Origin: Deltaproteobacteria bacterium
GTDB lineage: Bacteria; Desulfobacterota; Desulfobacteria; Desulfobacterales; ETH-SRB1
Reading direction: 5' to 3'
Assembly (NCBI GenBank): GCA_030606805.1
Contig: JAUWFS010000003.1
Span: 1 to 44,826 of the forward strand
DNA length: 44,826 nt
Positions 25,108 to 35,561 of this stretch are shown in pieces. The notes under the pieces were generated by a model. The model did not search any database. It saw only the letters and a list, made by a program, of their open reading frames with translations, and was not told the origin of the DNA. Every line of letters begins with the position of its first letter. Position 1 is the first letter of the stretch. The position numbers were made by a program, and so were the translations under genes.

Positions 25108-27669
25108 CTATTCGTTCAGAACTTTTTTTGGTCTTTCCTGACAAAACGGCAAAACCCTAAGAAATCTTCCATCTGTTGATATTGTGACAGCTCCGTGGCT
25201 GTCGGTGCGTAGTATACGGCACCCCCGATCTTTATATTTTTTTAAAACCGATGGATGCGGGAATTTATATCTGTTTCTCCAGCCTGACGAAAAAATTACA
25301 GTTTCCGGCTTAACGCTATCAACAAAGGATTTACTGCTCGATGTTTTGCTGCCGTGATGAGGAGCTATAAGGACATTGCTTTTTAAATCATCTCCTGAAA
25401 TTGCAACAAGCTCTTTTTCTGCTTTGGTCATAATATCGCCCGGAAAAAGAAAAGATTTTGATCCAAATTCAACTTTTATCACCAAAGAGTTGTTATTTAA
25501 ATTCGACCACGTTCTCTTATTATTATCCATATAATCACCAGCCGGATAAAGAAGCTTTAACTGAGCACTATTGATAGTGTGTGTTCTTGATATCTCTTTG
25601 AATTCAGGCAGATGAATTGCCTTTTTTTTAATAATTTCCATGAATTTTCGATATCCAATAGTATCTGCTGTATCACAGTTAGCCCACACACTTTTCACAT
25701 TGAAATTTTCAGCAATATACAAAAGTCCGTTCAAGTGATCGCTGTTTGGATGGGAAAGAATAAGAGTGTCAATTGTTTTAATTTTTTTACGCCATAATAA
25801 CGGGGCAATTACACTTTCGCCAACATCAAAGACCGAGTTGTCAGAAAATCCACCGCCATCTATAAGCAAATTAAAACCTTCCGGCATTTCCACAAGAGCT
25901 GAACTGCCCTGCCCCACATCAATGATTGTAATCCTCAGATCATCATGCCAGAACCTGTTATAAAACCAGTAACAAGTATCGGCGGCACAGGCAATAATTA
26001 CTACTACTATTACAACAGCTAATACTTTTTTCGTTCTGGAATTATTTAATTTTCCTTTCAGCTTTACTTTATTATCTATCTGATGTGTTCCTCCAGGAAG
26101 TTTATCTTTTTCACCGGCATTTTCATGGTGAATACCAAACAAGTTCAATACTGCCCAGCCCAGCACATAATAGCAACAAATCTCAAAATAAGTCGGGGTT
26201 ACAGTCTTTATTGAGGCAAAAGGTAAATTAGAAAACCATACCACAATATCAAGAGCTTTAGCCAGCAATTCAGAATTTGCATTTATGCACCATGCAGCCC
26301 CGTAAACGCTTACCGGATATAGCAGTACCGAAAACAATCCCAAGGGAACTACAATAAAACCTATAATAGGCACAACAAACAAGTTTGCCAGGAGACCAAC
26401 AAAAGAAACCTGGTTGAAGTAAAACATTAAAAGCGGAAGTGTTCCCAGGATTGCGAAAAGCGAAGTCAATAAAAAGAGATACACTTTTTTCCGGAGTTGA
26501 AAGAGTACTTGTTTTCTATTCTTGCTTTTTATGCGTATTCTGGAAAGGCCATATATTATTGCAAGAACAGCCATAAATGAAAGCTGAAAAGAAATCGAAA
26601 AAAGAGAGGGAGGATGAACAACAAGAATTATCATTGCAGCTATTGCCAGTGTATTTATTGGGTCATGTTCTCTTTCAAAAAGAAATGTCAGCAAAAAAAT
26701 AGTAACCATAATTACTGCTCTTTGTGTAGAAGGAGACAACCCTGAAAGTAAGCCATAGATAAATACAGGAAAAAGAGATAAAATAGCTGCAACCTTTATG
26801 GTTAATCCATTCCAGAGAAAATATTTAAAATATGAAAGTATCCATTTGAAAAAGAAAAATGCGACTGTTGCTACAATTCCTATATGAAGTCCTGAAATTG
26901 CAAGGATATGACCTGCACCGGCCCGGTTGAATGCCTCCCTTAAGTTTTTTGAAATACTATTTCTATCTCCAATTATAAGGGCTTTTAATACACCCCTTTT
27001 ATCGCCCTCCCCTGTATTGTCGATAAGATCGGAGATCCTGCTGCGGGCATCTGCTATTGTCTTTTTTATACCTTTTCCTGAATTTCTTTTTATAACAATC
27101 AGATCTTTTCCACTCACATAAGAGGTTCCCCAAATCTCCTTGAATGCCATGTATTTTTTATAGTCAAACCCTCCAGGATTTTTGAAATTTCTGATAGATC
27201 TGAGCTTGCCTGTAAAGGAAACTTTGTCGCCAATTGAAAGATTTGGGGAATTTCCTCTAACTGTTACACGGATTTTCCCTGTAACTGGAAAATTATTATC
27301 CTTATCTTCTCCAAGAGTTCTGGTCTGTAAAATTAATTTCAGTCTATCTTTGTATATTATAGGACTTTCGTCGATTAAACCGACAATTATCCATTTTCGT
27401 AAATCTAAAAAATTAGTGATATGATTTGAGGGGAATTTAGGAGCCACCCACGGCTGCAAGGAAAGATACCCAAAAGCAAAAAATAAAATAACAGGTAAAA
27501 TTAATGCGGTTTTTCTCTGAAGAATGAAATATAGTATTAAGCCTGTACATACAAAAATGACAAAATACGCATAAACTTTATGACCTGGCAGCCATGAACC
27601 ACAGGCTATGCCCAGCATCAAAGATACCAGGATTGGGATAACAGGGCGAGAATAAATCTTGCCAGTCAT
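25108..27669 (-). CDS. comEC: DNA uptake competence protein ComEC/Rec2
   Basis: NPGGFDY, HILAISGLHIG, SFQLSF, DVGQG, SHPNSDHLNG, APHHGS. Confidence 0.95.
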   Translation of the reverse strand: MTGKIYSRPVIPILVSLMLGIACGSWLPGHKVYAYFVIFVCTGLILYFILQRKTALILPVILFFAFGYLSLQPWVAPKFPSNHITNFLDLRKWIIVGLIDESPIIYKDRLKLILQTRTLGEDKDNNFPVTGKIRVTVRGNSPNLSIGDKVSFTGKLRSIRNFKNPGGFDYKKYMAFKEIWGTSYVSGKDLIVIKRNSGKGIKKTIADARSRISDLIDNTGEGDKRGVLKALIIGDRNSISKNLREAFNRAGAGHILAISGLHIGIVATVAFFFFKWILSYFKYFLWNGLTIKVAAILSLFPVFIYGLLSGLSPSTQRAVIMVTIFLLTFLFEREHDPINTLAIAAMIILVVHPPSLFSISFQLSFMAVLAIIYGLSRIRIKSKNRKQVLFQLRKKVYLFLLTSLFAILGTLPLLMFYFNQVSFVGLLANLFVVPIIGFIVVPLGLFSVLLYPVSVYGAAWCINANSELLAKALDIVVWFSNLPFASIKTVTPTYFEICCYYVLGWAVLNLFGIHHENAGEKDKLPGGTHQIDNKVKLKGKLNNSRTKKVLAVVIVVVIIACAADTCYWFYNRFWHDDLRITIIDVGQGSSALVEMPEGFNLLIDGGGFSDNSVFDVGESVIAPLLWRKKIKTIDTLILSHPNSDHLNGLLYIAENFNVKSVWANCDTADTIGYRKFMEIIKKKAIHLPEFKEISRTHTINSAQLKLLYPAGDYMDNNKRTWSNLNNNSLVIKVEFGSKSFLFPGDIMTKAEKELVAISGDDLKSNVLIAPHHGSKTSSSKSFVDSVKPETVIFSSGWRNRYKFPHPSVLKKYKDRGCRILRTDSHGAVTISTDGRFLRVLPFCQERPKKVLNE

Positions 27670-27674
27670 TTTTA

Positions 27675-28928
27675 TTATTCTTTTACACGCTTTATGGCTG
27701 CTCCCAGACCGGCAAACTTTTCCTCAAGCGCTTCATACCCGCGATCCAGGTGATAGACACGATTTACCTCGGTTTTGCCCCGGGCAGCAAGACCGGCCAG
27801 TATCAGCGAAGCACTTGCTCTAAGGTCACTTGCCATAACCGGCGCACCTGAAAGCATTTTTACCCCTTTTACCATTGCAGCATTGCCGGCTATAGTAATA
27901 TCAGCACCCATTCTTTTTAACTCACTTACATGGATAAAACGGTTTTCAAATACTGTTTCAAATATCAGGCTCAGACCTTTCGCAACAGACATTAGAACCA
28001 TGAACTGTGCCTGCATATCACTAGGAAAACCTGGATATGGGAGTGTTTTTACATCAACACTTGCTATATTATCTATTCCCTTAACACTCATGTTTTTCCC
28101 ATCAATTTTTATCCTTGCCCCCGTTAAACTCAATTTGTGAATAACGGCTTCAAGATGATCCGGCTCGGTGCCTAAAAGCTTTACATCACCTCCGGTCAAA
28201 GCTGCTGCAACCATGAATGTTCCGGTTTCTATACGGTCAGGAATTATTGAAACCGATACAGGACTTAAAGAAGAAACTCCAGTTATAGTAATTTCGGAGG
28301 TACCGGCCCCACTTATATCAGCCCCCATCTTGTTTAAAACATCAGCAAGAGCTATTATTTCGGGTTCACGAGCTGCATTATGAATAACTGTGCTTCCTTT
28401 TGCTAAAACAGCAGCCATCATAATATTTTCAGTACCTGTTACGGTAGCTATATCCAAATAAATTTCGCTCCCTTTAAGTTTTTTGGCATAAGCTTCAACA
28501 TAACCGTGCTTTAATTCAATGGATGCGCCAAGACTTGCCAGCCCTTTAAGGTGCAGATTGATTGGCCGCGCGCCTATAGCACACCCTCCTGGCAATGATA
28601 CCCGAGCCTTTTTGAGACGGACAACAAGAGGACCGAGAACCAATATAGAAGCGCGCATTTTCCTAACCAGATCATACGGAGCTTCATGATTTAAAACATT
28701 GCTTGCATCTATCTTAACAACATCTTCATCTGTCTCGATTTTTGCGCCAAGATGTGAAAGAAGTTGTTTTATACTTTCAATGTCCTTTAGATTTGGGACA
28801 TTTGAAAAAGTACATAATCCATCAGTAAGCAGAGATGAAACCAGGATCGGAAGCGCAGCGTTCTTAGCTCCGCTGATATTAACCTCGCCTGTAAGAGGTC
28901 GTCCCCCTTCAACTATAATTTTATCCAT
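27675..28928 (-). CDS. murA: UDP-N-acetylglucosamine 1-carboxyvinyltransferase
   Basis: [46 protein letters not shown]. Confidence 0.98.
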   Translation of the reverse strand: MDKIIVEGGRPLTGEVNISGAKNAALPILVSSLLTDGLCTFSNVPNLKDIESIKQLLSHLGAKIETDEDVVKIDASNVLNHEAPYDLVRKMRASILVLGPLVVRLKKARVSLPGGCAIGARPINLHLKGLASLGASIELKHGYVEAYAKKLKGSEIYLDIATVTGTENIMMAAVLAKGSTVIHNAAREPEIIALADVLNKMGADISGAGTSEITITGVSSLSPVSVSIIPDRIETGTFMVAAALTGGDVKLLGTEPDHLEAVIHKLSLTGARIKIDGKNMSVKGIDNIASVDVKTLPYPGFPSDMQAQFMVLMSVAKGLSLIFETVFENRFIHVSELKRMGADITIAGNAAMVKGVKMLSGAPVMASDLRASASLILAGLAARGKTEVNRVYHLDRGYEALEEKFAGLGAAIKRVKE

Positions 28929-28965
28929 CTTATAACCTTCGTACGTAATCTTTTAGCCTTATGAA

Positions 28966-29004
28966 CAGAAATTTGAAAACTCAAAAGTAACTTGTTAACA
29001 ATTA
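28966..29004. repeat. Solo arm of the 18779-19068 element upstream of murA
   Basis: CAGAAATTTGAAAACTCAAAAGTAACTTGTTAACAATTA has one mismatch to the reverse complement of about 19026-19064. Confidence 0.75.
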
Positions 29005-29020
29005 ATAGAAACCTTCAAAC

Positions 29021-29067
29021 AAAAAAGCGCTTTACCACATTTTAACAATGAGATAAGCGCTTTTTTT
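29021..29067 (-). terminator. Possible terminator between qrcD and murA
   Basis: AAAAAAGCGCTT...AAGCGCTTTTTT with an unusually long loop. Confidence 0.35.
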
Positions 29068-29264
29068 ATATTATTTTGTGGATATTGCCTGATTTTAGTG
29101 GTGATGCCCGCCTTTACCCTGCATTGTATCAATAATAGACTTTAAAATACAGTAAGTCATTGTAATGCCTATAATTGTTAACGCATACCACAAACCACCC
29201 ATGAATACCATATGACCAACATCCCAAATCCATTCAAATGAAAACGGAAACATATTTTAACCTC

Positions 29265-30497
29265 CTAAGGATTCAATTCCCGTTCCTGGGGGAATATAGG
29301 TAAATAACGGAATGATATCATAACCAGAATAATACCGTACGCTACAGGAAGAATAGTTGTTGCAACTTCCTGCCAGCTAGGAATATACATAACCCAAGTT
29401 TCAAAAGTCATAACAGGAATCGCCATTACCTGCAACACCATTACCCAGCGATTAAGTAAAACACCGATACAGGCCAGCAATACTGCTGTAAACAGCAACG
29501 TAGAATTATTTCGCCCCTTAGGTGTAAGAAGTATCAAAGCCGGCACAATTCCACAGACTACTATCTCAACTATAAGAATCCAGATTCCATAAAAAGGATT
29601 ATTGGAATAAAAATCAATTAGATTAAAACCTCTGGCAGGAGCTGTAACCGTAGCCCAGTACCAGGTATCAATAATTTTTGCAATAACGTATGTCCCCATA
29701 GTCCAGCCGGATATCTTGGCCAGCAGATCTATAACATTTTGCTTGACCAGCTTCTTTTTTGTAATTTTTTCAATCAGCCTTGTCACAAATAGTGTAAAGC
29801 ACGGTCCATAGGCTGCTGCCGACCAGGTAAAGAGAAAGAATGTCCACGGCCAGATAAACACCCCTTCTCTAAAAGAAAATGGACGCCCATAAAGAACTGC
29901 CGGGGTTCCGCCAAGTGATCCCTGATGGAAAAAGGAAAGGAAGGCACCGGTTGCTGCAAATATTACCATTACCTCGTGCATATTGTGTGCAAGATTATGA
30001 AGGAATGGAACTTTATTAATCTGACGGTTTTCAAGAATAAGCGGTATATATTCGATAATAAGAACTGCAAAATAACATGAAAGACAAAATGCCACTTCCG
30101 TCAACATTGAGTGGACGTTAGCATGCCAGAATATAAACCAGCTCCTCAAGGGCTGTCCAACATCTATTGCAAGAATTAAAAGTGCGGAGCTGTAACATAT
30201 AAACCCGATAAGAACGGCGCAGTTAATAATATTCTTCAGCTCATCCTTTCCAATAACATATCTTAAAAATCCCGTAAAAAAAGCTCCGCCGCCAAGGGCA
30301 ATAACCCCAAGGTCAGCCCAGATCCATATTGCAAATCCATAGAAATCATTCATATTTGTCTGATTAAGTCCCTTTAACCAGATAAGCAGCATAGCGTAAA
30401 CGCCCCACAACAGTACGCCACCGACTAAAATGATTCCTATAGCAAATTTCCCAAATGAACAGCGTTTAACTCCCTCGGGTATTAATGCTGAATCCAT
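29265..30497 (-). CDS. qrcD: Quinone reductase complex membrane subunit (NrfD/PsrC family)
   Basis: MDSALIPEG start, IALGGGAFFTG, DVGQPLR, HQGSLGG, LNRW; operon context. Confidence 0.93.
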   Translation of the reverse strand: MDSALIPEGVKRCSFGKFAIGIILVGGVLLWGVYAMLLIWLKGLNQTNMNDFYGFAIWIWADLGVIALGGGAFFTGFLRYVIGKDELKNIINCAVLIGFICYSSALLILAIDVGQPLRSWFIFWHANVHSMLTEVAFCLSCYFAVLIIEYIPLILENRQINKVPFLHNLAHNMHEVMVIFAATGAFLSFFHQGSLGGTPAVLYGRPFSFREGVFIWPWTFFLFTWSAAAYGPCFTLFVTRLIEKITKKKLVKQNVIDLLAKISGWTMGTYVIAKIIDTWYWATVTAPARGFNLIDFYSNNPFYGIWILIVEIVVCGIVPALILLTPKGRNNSTLLFTAVLLACIGVLLNRWVMVLQVMAIPVMTFETWVMYIPSWQEVATTILPVAYGIILVMISFRYLPIFPQERELNP

Positions 30498-30566
30498 AAG
30501 TTATGTACTCCTCAAAATTCGCAGTTAGTAATTCTTTAACAAATTTTTTATCTATTGTTTCTGATT

Positions 30567-31391
30567 TTAGTGGCGATAATTTTTTGCAAGATCTTCATTA
30601 TTAATATAATTATCACCTGCTTGCCTTACCCATTCACGGCTTGACATATAATAAACTTTGGGATTTGTGCCAAGTCTTTCAAGAAGCCGAAAAACATTGG
30701 GATTCCCTGGTCGTCCACCATGCTTATTATCAGGCTTGGCCAGTTGATGCACCTTATGCTCCGGATTGTTCAGATCACCAAATGTAATGGCGCCGGCAGG
30801 ACACGCCTGAGCACAAGAGGTCTGATATTCATCCTCTTCAAGTACTGTCCGTCCTTCGAGATATGCTTTGTCCATTGCTAATTGATATCTGTGGAAACAA
30901 AAACTGCATTTTTCTACAACACCTCTCATTCGAGGTGAAACATTAGGACTAAGATATTTAGTCGATTCCTCCGGCCACACCGGATCCCACCAGTTAAAAT
31001 AACGTGCATGATACGGGCATGCAACCATACAATATCTGCACCCAAAGCAACGGGTATAAATCTGGCTTACAATCCCGGTCTCATGGTTATAGTCTGTTGC
31101 GGTTGCCGGACAAACAGACACACATGGTGCATGTCCATGTTCTCCCTCACAATGCATACATGGTCTAGGAAGATAACAAATTTCAGCTTCAGGATAGGGT
31201 TTTCCATTTGTCAGTTTATAGACTCGCATCCATGCAATGCTGTCCAGTTTGTTAGATTCATCCTCCTTGAACGGCACATTATTCTCAGCCATACAAGCAA
31301 CCATGCAGGCTCCGCAACCAGTGCACTCGTCCAGGTTTATGACCATTCCATACTTTTTGGCTTTTTTGTGTTTGCCTTCTTCTTTCATCAA
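30567..31391 (-). CDS. qrcC: Quinone reductase complex Fe-S subunit
   Basis: CTGCGACMVAC, CMHC..CVSVCP, CFGCRYCMVACP, KCSFC..CAQACP. Confidence 0.93.
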   Translation of the reverse strand: MMKEEGKHKKAKKYGMVINLDECTGCGACMVACMAENNVPFKEDESNKLDSIAWMRVYKLTNGKPYPEAEICYLPRPCMHCEGEHGHAPCVSVCPATATDYNHETGIVSQIYTRCFGCRYCMVACPYHARYFNWWDPVWPEESTKYLSPNVSPRMRGVVEKCSFCFHRYQLAMDKAYLEGRTVLEEDEYQTSCAQACPAGAITFGDLNNPEHKVHQLAKPDNKHGGRPGNPNVFRLLERLGTNPKVYYMSSREWVRQAGDNYINNEDLAKNYRH

Positions 31392-31406
31392 AACCTCATA
31401 TTCAAG

Positions 31407-33593
31407 TTATACTTTGGTCAGCCTAGCCCTTATTCCCCAAGCTTCATCAAGACCGGATACCGGATCTTCTGTCGAACCGATGAGTTCGTTAAAATTACAT
31501 CCCTTGCCAGCGAGGTACTTATCATAGGCAGTATGCCCCAGTCCTCTTGGCAAAGAAACTATACCGGGCATAATTCCTTCATAAAGATGCACCCTAACCT
31601 TTGCTTTACCCCTTGGAGTAAGTAAAGATGCATATCTGCCTTCAGTCAGGCCAAGCTCTTTACCTGTCTTTGGATTTATCTCAACACATGAATTTTTACC
31701 TTTAAGGACTGTGTCCTCAACTGCCTTTATTGCAAAGGGTGGATCGCCAATATATCCATTTGCAAGCCTGATGGTATCATATGGAATGAGTATAAGAGGA
31801 TACGAAATTGCACTGCCTTCAATGCTTACCGGACTAAAGTCGGAAAGTGATTTCATGGCGTCAGGATAAAAATTGAAATCGCCTTCCAATACACATTTGT
31901 CACCATTGAATTCGAATCCCTTTTCCACCAAAATATCCCATTTAACGCCTAATGTTTCTTTAAGGCAGGCCTCATAGCTCTCCCATGGAAAAGCATCGGC
32001 TATTCCACCTCCCAGTGCTTTTGCTATAAGCATTACAACATCGCCAACATGCTTTGTGTTAAACTGGGGTTTTACCACAGGCCTTGTAAGACCGACAATG
32101 GGCTTAGACAACCCGGCCGGCGTGGGTACATCCTCATAGCGTTCCAGGTAAACATGATTAGGCAAAATTAAATCGGCATTACTGGCGGTTTCATCCATGT
32201 ATGATGAAAAACTTATAATAAACGGTATGTTATCAAATGCATTCTTAATTGCTTTACTGTCAGGCATTGAATACAGAGGATTTGCACCTGAGACAAAAAG
32301 TGCCTCAAGAGATCCATCCCCGGAATTAATAACCTCGGCCAAACGATTTAACAGAGATTTTGTATGCGGATATTCACTGCCTGCTCCATCTATACGCTCT
32401 TTTTGCATACCGTTTTCTGCAATGCTGTCCATTTCAGGCTTAGGCCAATTAATATATTCGGTATCGGTTACAGCCCATACACCACCTTCTTCATTTATAT
32501 TTCCTACAAGAGCATTTAAAGCATGCACTGCCATAAATTCATTAAGGCTGCCGGGTATGCTTCCCTGCCCTTTGCCGCAAATTGCCAAAGGTTTTGAAGC
32601 TCGGGCAAAATTCATAGCCAATGATACTATGGTGGCGCTGTTTATCCCTGTTATTTTTGATACTTTATCGGTGCCGTACTCGTTTTGGACCAGCTTCTTG
32701 AATGAGTCAAAACCGGTTGACTGACTAATTTTTTTGGAATCTAACGAGTTGCTTATAATAATATTCGCAAGACCTAATGCCAAAACTGCTTCCGTACCGG
32801 GATTTATTGGAATCCATTTATCGGATTTTGCCGCTGTATTTGACAGACGAGGTTCAATCTGTACCACTTTTTTACCATTGGCTTTCCAGGCGCTGTTGGC
32901 CTTAAACATACGCACAGGCGAGCCCCATCCATCAATTATCCCGCTACCGAAGCTTAATACAAAGTCGGCATTTTCTGCATCAAATCCAACTTGAGCACTT
33001 ACACCCTGCATAACTTGCAAAGTCATCGCGTATGAGTCTTGAATGGAGGGCATAGTCATAAAATTAGGAGAGCCATATGTTGTCAGAAATCTTTTAAAAA
33101 GATTAGGGACTGTCCCGTTTTCTGAGTCCACAATAGAGCCAACAGTATGAGATCCGCCGTTTGATCTAATATCAGCAAGTTTTTTTGCAACCTCTGAGAT
33201 AGCTTTATCCCAGGATATTTTTTCCCACTTTCCTTCGCCTCTTTTCCCCACTCTTTTTAATGGAGTTTTTACTCGCGTGGGACCATAAAGCAACTGAAGG
33301 CCCGATAAACCCATAAGGCATAAACCGCCATCGTTTACCGGATGTCCTTTCATGCCTTCTATCTTAACAACCCGGTCATCAACTTTGCGCACAGTAATAC
33401 CGCAGCCACCGGGGCAGAGTGTGCAAACTGAATTACTTTGACTGTATTCACCATCCGGCGGAACAGGAGTCCACGGCCAATTTTGCGACCATATAGATGA
33501 ATCATCCATCAGCTTCCATGGTAATGGTGTAATAGCTGTACCAGCCGCACCACCAATTACAAATGATAAGAAACTTCTTCTGCCTATTTTCAT
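31407..33593 (-). CDS. qrcB: Quinone reductase complex molybdopterin-oxidoreductase-like subunit
   Basis: Tat motif GRRSFL, WSQNWPW, CTLCPGGC; operon context. Confidence 0.93.
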   Translation of the reverse strand: MKIGRRSFLSFVIGGAAGTAITPLPWKLMDDSSIWSQNWPWTPVPPDGEYSQSNSVCTLCPGGCGITVRKVDDRVVKIEGMKGHPVNDGGLCLMGLSGLQLLYGPTRVKTPLKRVGKRGEGKWEKISWDKAISEVAKKLADIRSNGGSHTVGSIVDSENGTVPNLFKRFLTTYGSPNFMTMPSIQDSYAMTLQVMQGVSAQVGFDAENADFVLSFGSGIIDGWGSPVRMFKANSAWKANGKKVVQIEPRLSNTAAKSDKWIPINPGTEAVLALGLANIIISNSLDSKKISQSTGFDSFKKLVQNEYGTDKVSKITGINSATIVSLAMNFARASKPLAICGKGQGSIPGSLNEFMAVHALNALVGNINEEGGVWAVTDTEYINWPKPEMDSIAENGMQKERIDGAGSEYPHTKSLLNRLAEVINSGDGSLEALFVSGANPLYSMPDSKAIKNAFDNIPFIISFSSYMDETASNADLILPNHVYLERYEDVPTPAGLSKPIVGLTRPVVKPQFNTKHVGDVVMLIAKALGGGIADAFPWESYEACLKETLGVKWDILVEKGFEFNGDKCVLEGDFNFYPDAMKSLSDFSPVSIEGSAISYPLILIPYDTIRLANGYIGDPPFAIKAVEDTVLKGKNSCVEINPKTGKELGLTEGRYASLLTPRGKAKVRVHLYEGIMPGIVSLPRGLGHTAYDKYLAGKGCNFNELIGSTEDPVSGLDEAWGIRARLTKV

Positions 33594-33648
33594 AGATTCT
33601 ACCCCTTAAAAATGTATGGCTCTTAAGCTAATCGGCTTTAAAGTTTAT

Positions 33649-34371
33649 TTACTTATGGCATACAAAACATGCCTCTTTTACTGTCTTAACTCTTGCTTGA
33701 TTGCCGGTCTGTTTTTCATAAGGTCGCGGGAGCCAGTTTATCGGCCATGGAAGTGTCTCGACATCTGTTTTGATCTCTTTTGTAGTATGGCATTCAGCGC
33801 AATCATCCATCTTCATGCGCTCCCATGTATGTTTCTTTAAACCTGATATATTTTTCCCCCATATGTCCCGGCTGTAACCTGTAATTCTGTTTTCTTCATA
33901 AACTCTTGAATGTTCGGATTCGCCAATGTGCCCGTGGCAGGTACCGCAATCCATCTCCCCCTTTTTGACATGCGCTGCATGTGAAAAGAATACGCAGTCC
34001 GGCTGTCTTGCATATACCAGCCATGGAACCTCTCTTCCATTTGCCACATATTCCTCAACAAACTTTATTTCATTAGGATCCTCTCCCTGGGCTTCCTCAT
34101 GGCAATCGACGCACTGCTCAAGTTTTGGAATCCCGGAGAAACTTCCATCCTCACGAAAGAAATGGCAGCTTTCACATCCCTCTTCAACAGCTTCAACATG
34201 AAGTACATGGTTAAAATCTATCGGCTGTTTTTTCTGGGAATAGAGAAGCTTCGGGAATATTATCCATCCGAATACAAGACTTGCAGCAAGTCCTAAAATG
34301 AAAAAAAGAATAATTGGTCCAGCAGCCCCATCAGCGGAAACTTCTTTAGCTTTATCATCTTGTGTACTCAT
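33649..34371 (-). CDS. qrcA: Quinone reductase complex multiheme cytochrome c
   Basis: N-terminal TM; five CxxCH; QPDCVFFSHAAH; MKMDDCAECH. Confidence 0.93.
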   Translation of the reverse strand: MSTQDDKAKEVSADGAAGPIILFFILGLAASLVFGWIIFPKLLYSQKKQPIDFNHVLHVEAVEEGCESCHFFREDGSFSGIPKLEQCVDCHEEAQGEDPNEIKFVEEYVANGREVPWLVYARQPDCVFFSHAAHVKKGEMDCGTCHGHIGESEHSRVYEENRITGYSRDIWGKNISGLKKHTWERMKMDDCAECHTTKEIKTDVETLPWPINWLPRPYEKQTGNQARVKTVKEACFVCHK

Positions 34372-34421
34372 GAAAACTCCGTCAAGCTTGGTTGATGTTT
34401 GAATGCACTGGTTAAGATGTT

Positions 34422-34472
34422 AATAGAACAAATAATTCTATTTTCTTTACCTTTAGATTTCATTTTTGTCAA
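34422..34472 (-). promoter_or_regulatory. Putative sigma-70 promoter of qrcABCD with adjacent palindrome
   Basis: TTGACA (34472-34467)-N17-TAAAGA; AATAGAA-N7-TTCTATT at 34422-34442. Confidence 0.45.
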
Positions 34473-34506
34473 GTAAAATTGATGGTGTTCGATAAAGTTT
34501 TTTCCA

Positions 34507-35343
34507 TCACTGGGCATAACTGTGCAGGCCAGGCAGAAGATTCACACCAAAATAAGTGAAAAGAACGGCCATGAAACCTATAATTGAAACATATGCGATT
34601 CTTTTACCTTGCCAACCCCGCATCAATCTGGCATGCAATAATGTTGCATAAATAAACCAGGTTATTAAAGACCATGTTTCTTTAGGATCCCACGACCAGT
34701 AGCTCCCCCAGGCGGAGTTGGCCCAAACGGCTCCTGTTATTATTCCAATAGACAGAAATAAAAAACCGAATGTTACCATTTGATGTGTCAAATTGTCCAG
34801 AAACGCCGGCTTGGGGAAATGTGAAAGCAAATAGCCTTTCCCCTTTTTATCTCCACACGCCAGAAGATACATCAAGCTTATGCCGAAAGCTATCGCAAAA
34901 GCAGCATAACCAAAAAAACATGTCATGACATGAGCAATAAGCCAATTGCTTTTCAACGCAGGAATTAAAGGTTGTATTCGATCATTTACATTGGGAGAAA
35001 GGGAAGCATAAGCTATAGAAAGAAACACTAGGGGCATTGCAAATACCCCTAGTATTCGATTTTTGTAAGTTCGTTCAATTACAAGATAAATGACCGCTAT
35101 AGTACAGGAAAAAAAAACCAGGGATTCATACATATTAGACAAGGGCGCATGCCCTATCCCAAGCTTATAAGACTCAACCCATCGCATAATAATGCCGGCA
35201 GCATTACCCATAGCCCCTAATAAAGCTGTCCACGTTGCCAGCAAGCCAGGAAGCTTTTTTTTGAAGATCCATGCAGCGATATATAATATTGCTGCAAACC
35301 CGTAAACAAATGTTACAATCGATAACAAATTTGAACTATCCAT
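34507..35343 (-). CDS. ccsA: System II cytochrome c synthase, WWD-domain subunit (CcsA/ResC)
   Basis: HAPLSNMYES, PALKSNWL..H, GAVWANSAWGSYWSWDPKETW, GLHSYA. Confidence 0.95.
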   Translation of the reverse strand: MDSSNLLSIVTFVYGFAAILYIAAWIFKKKLPGLLATWTALLGAMGNAAGIIMRWVESYKLGIGHAPLSNMYESLVFFSCTIAVIYLVIERTYKNRILGVFAMPLVFLSIAYASLSPNVNDRIQPLIPALKSNWLIAHVMTCFFGYAAFAIAFGISLMYLLACGDKKGKGYLLSHFPKPAFLDNLTHQMVTFGFLFLSIGIITGAVWANSAWGSYWSWDPKETWSLITWFIYATLLHARLMRGWQGKRIAYVSIIGFMAVLFTYFGVNLLPGLHSYAQ

Positions 35344-35365
35344 AATTTATGTCCTTACATTTGGT

Positions 35366-35529
35366 GTAGCAGTTTACAGTTCACGGTTGTCGGTTCACAG
35401 TTCACAGTTTTTTCAATGAACTATGCAACGATTGAAGCATTCTGGATATTGATTTCAACTTGTGCAATATTTATAAACCTTCTGTTTTTTTCAACCGTGA
35501 ACCGATAACTGTAAACCGTGAACGGTTAC
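35366..35529. mobile_element. Family H-related palindromic element with a different heptamer
   Basis: Ends GTAGCAGTTTACAG / CCGTGAACGGTTAC; internal GTTCAC(A/G) heptamers mirrored on the other arm. Confidence 0.7.
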
Positions 35530-35561
35530 CAATTCTTGAATCAGTTTTTTAATTTTTTACG

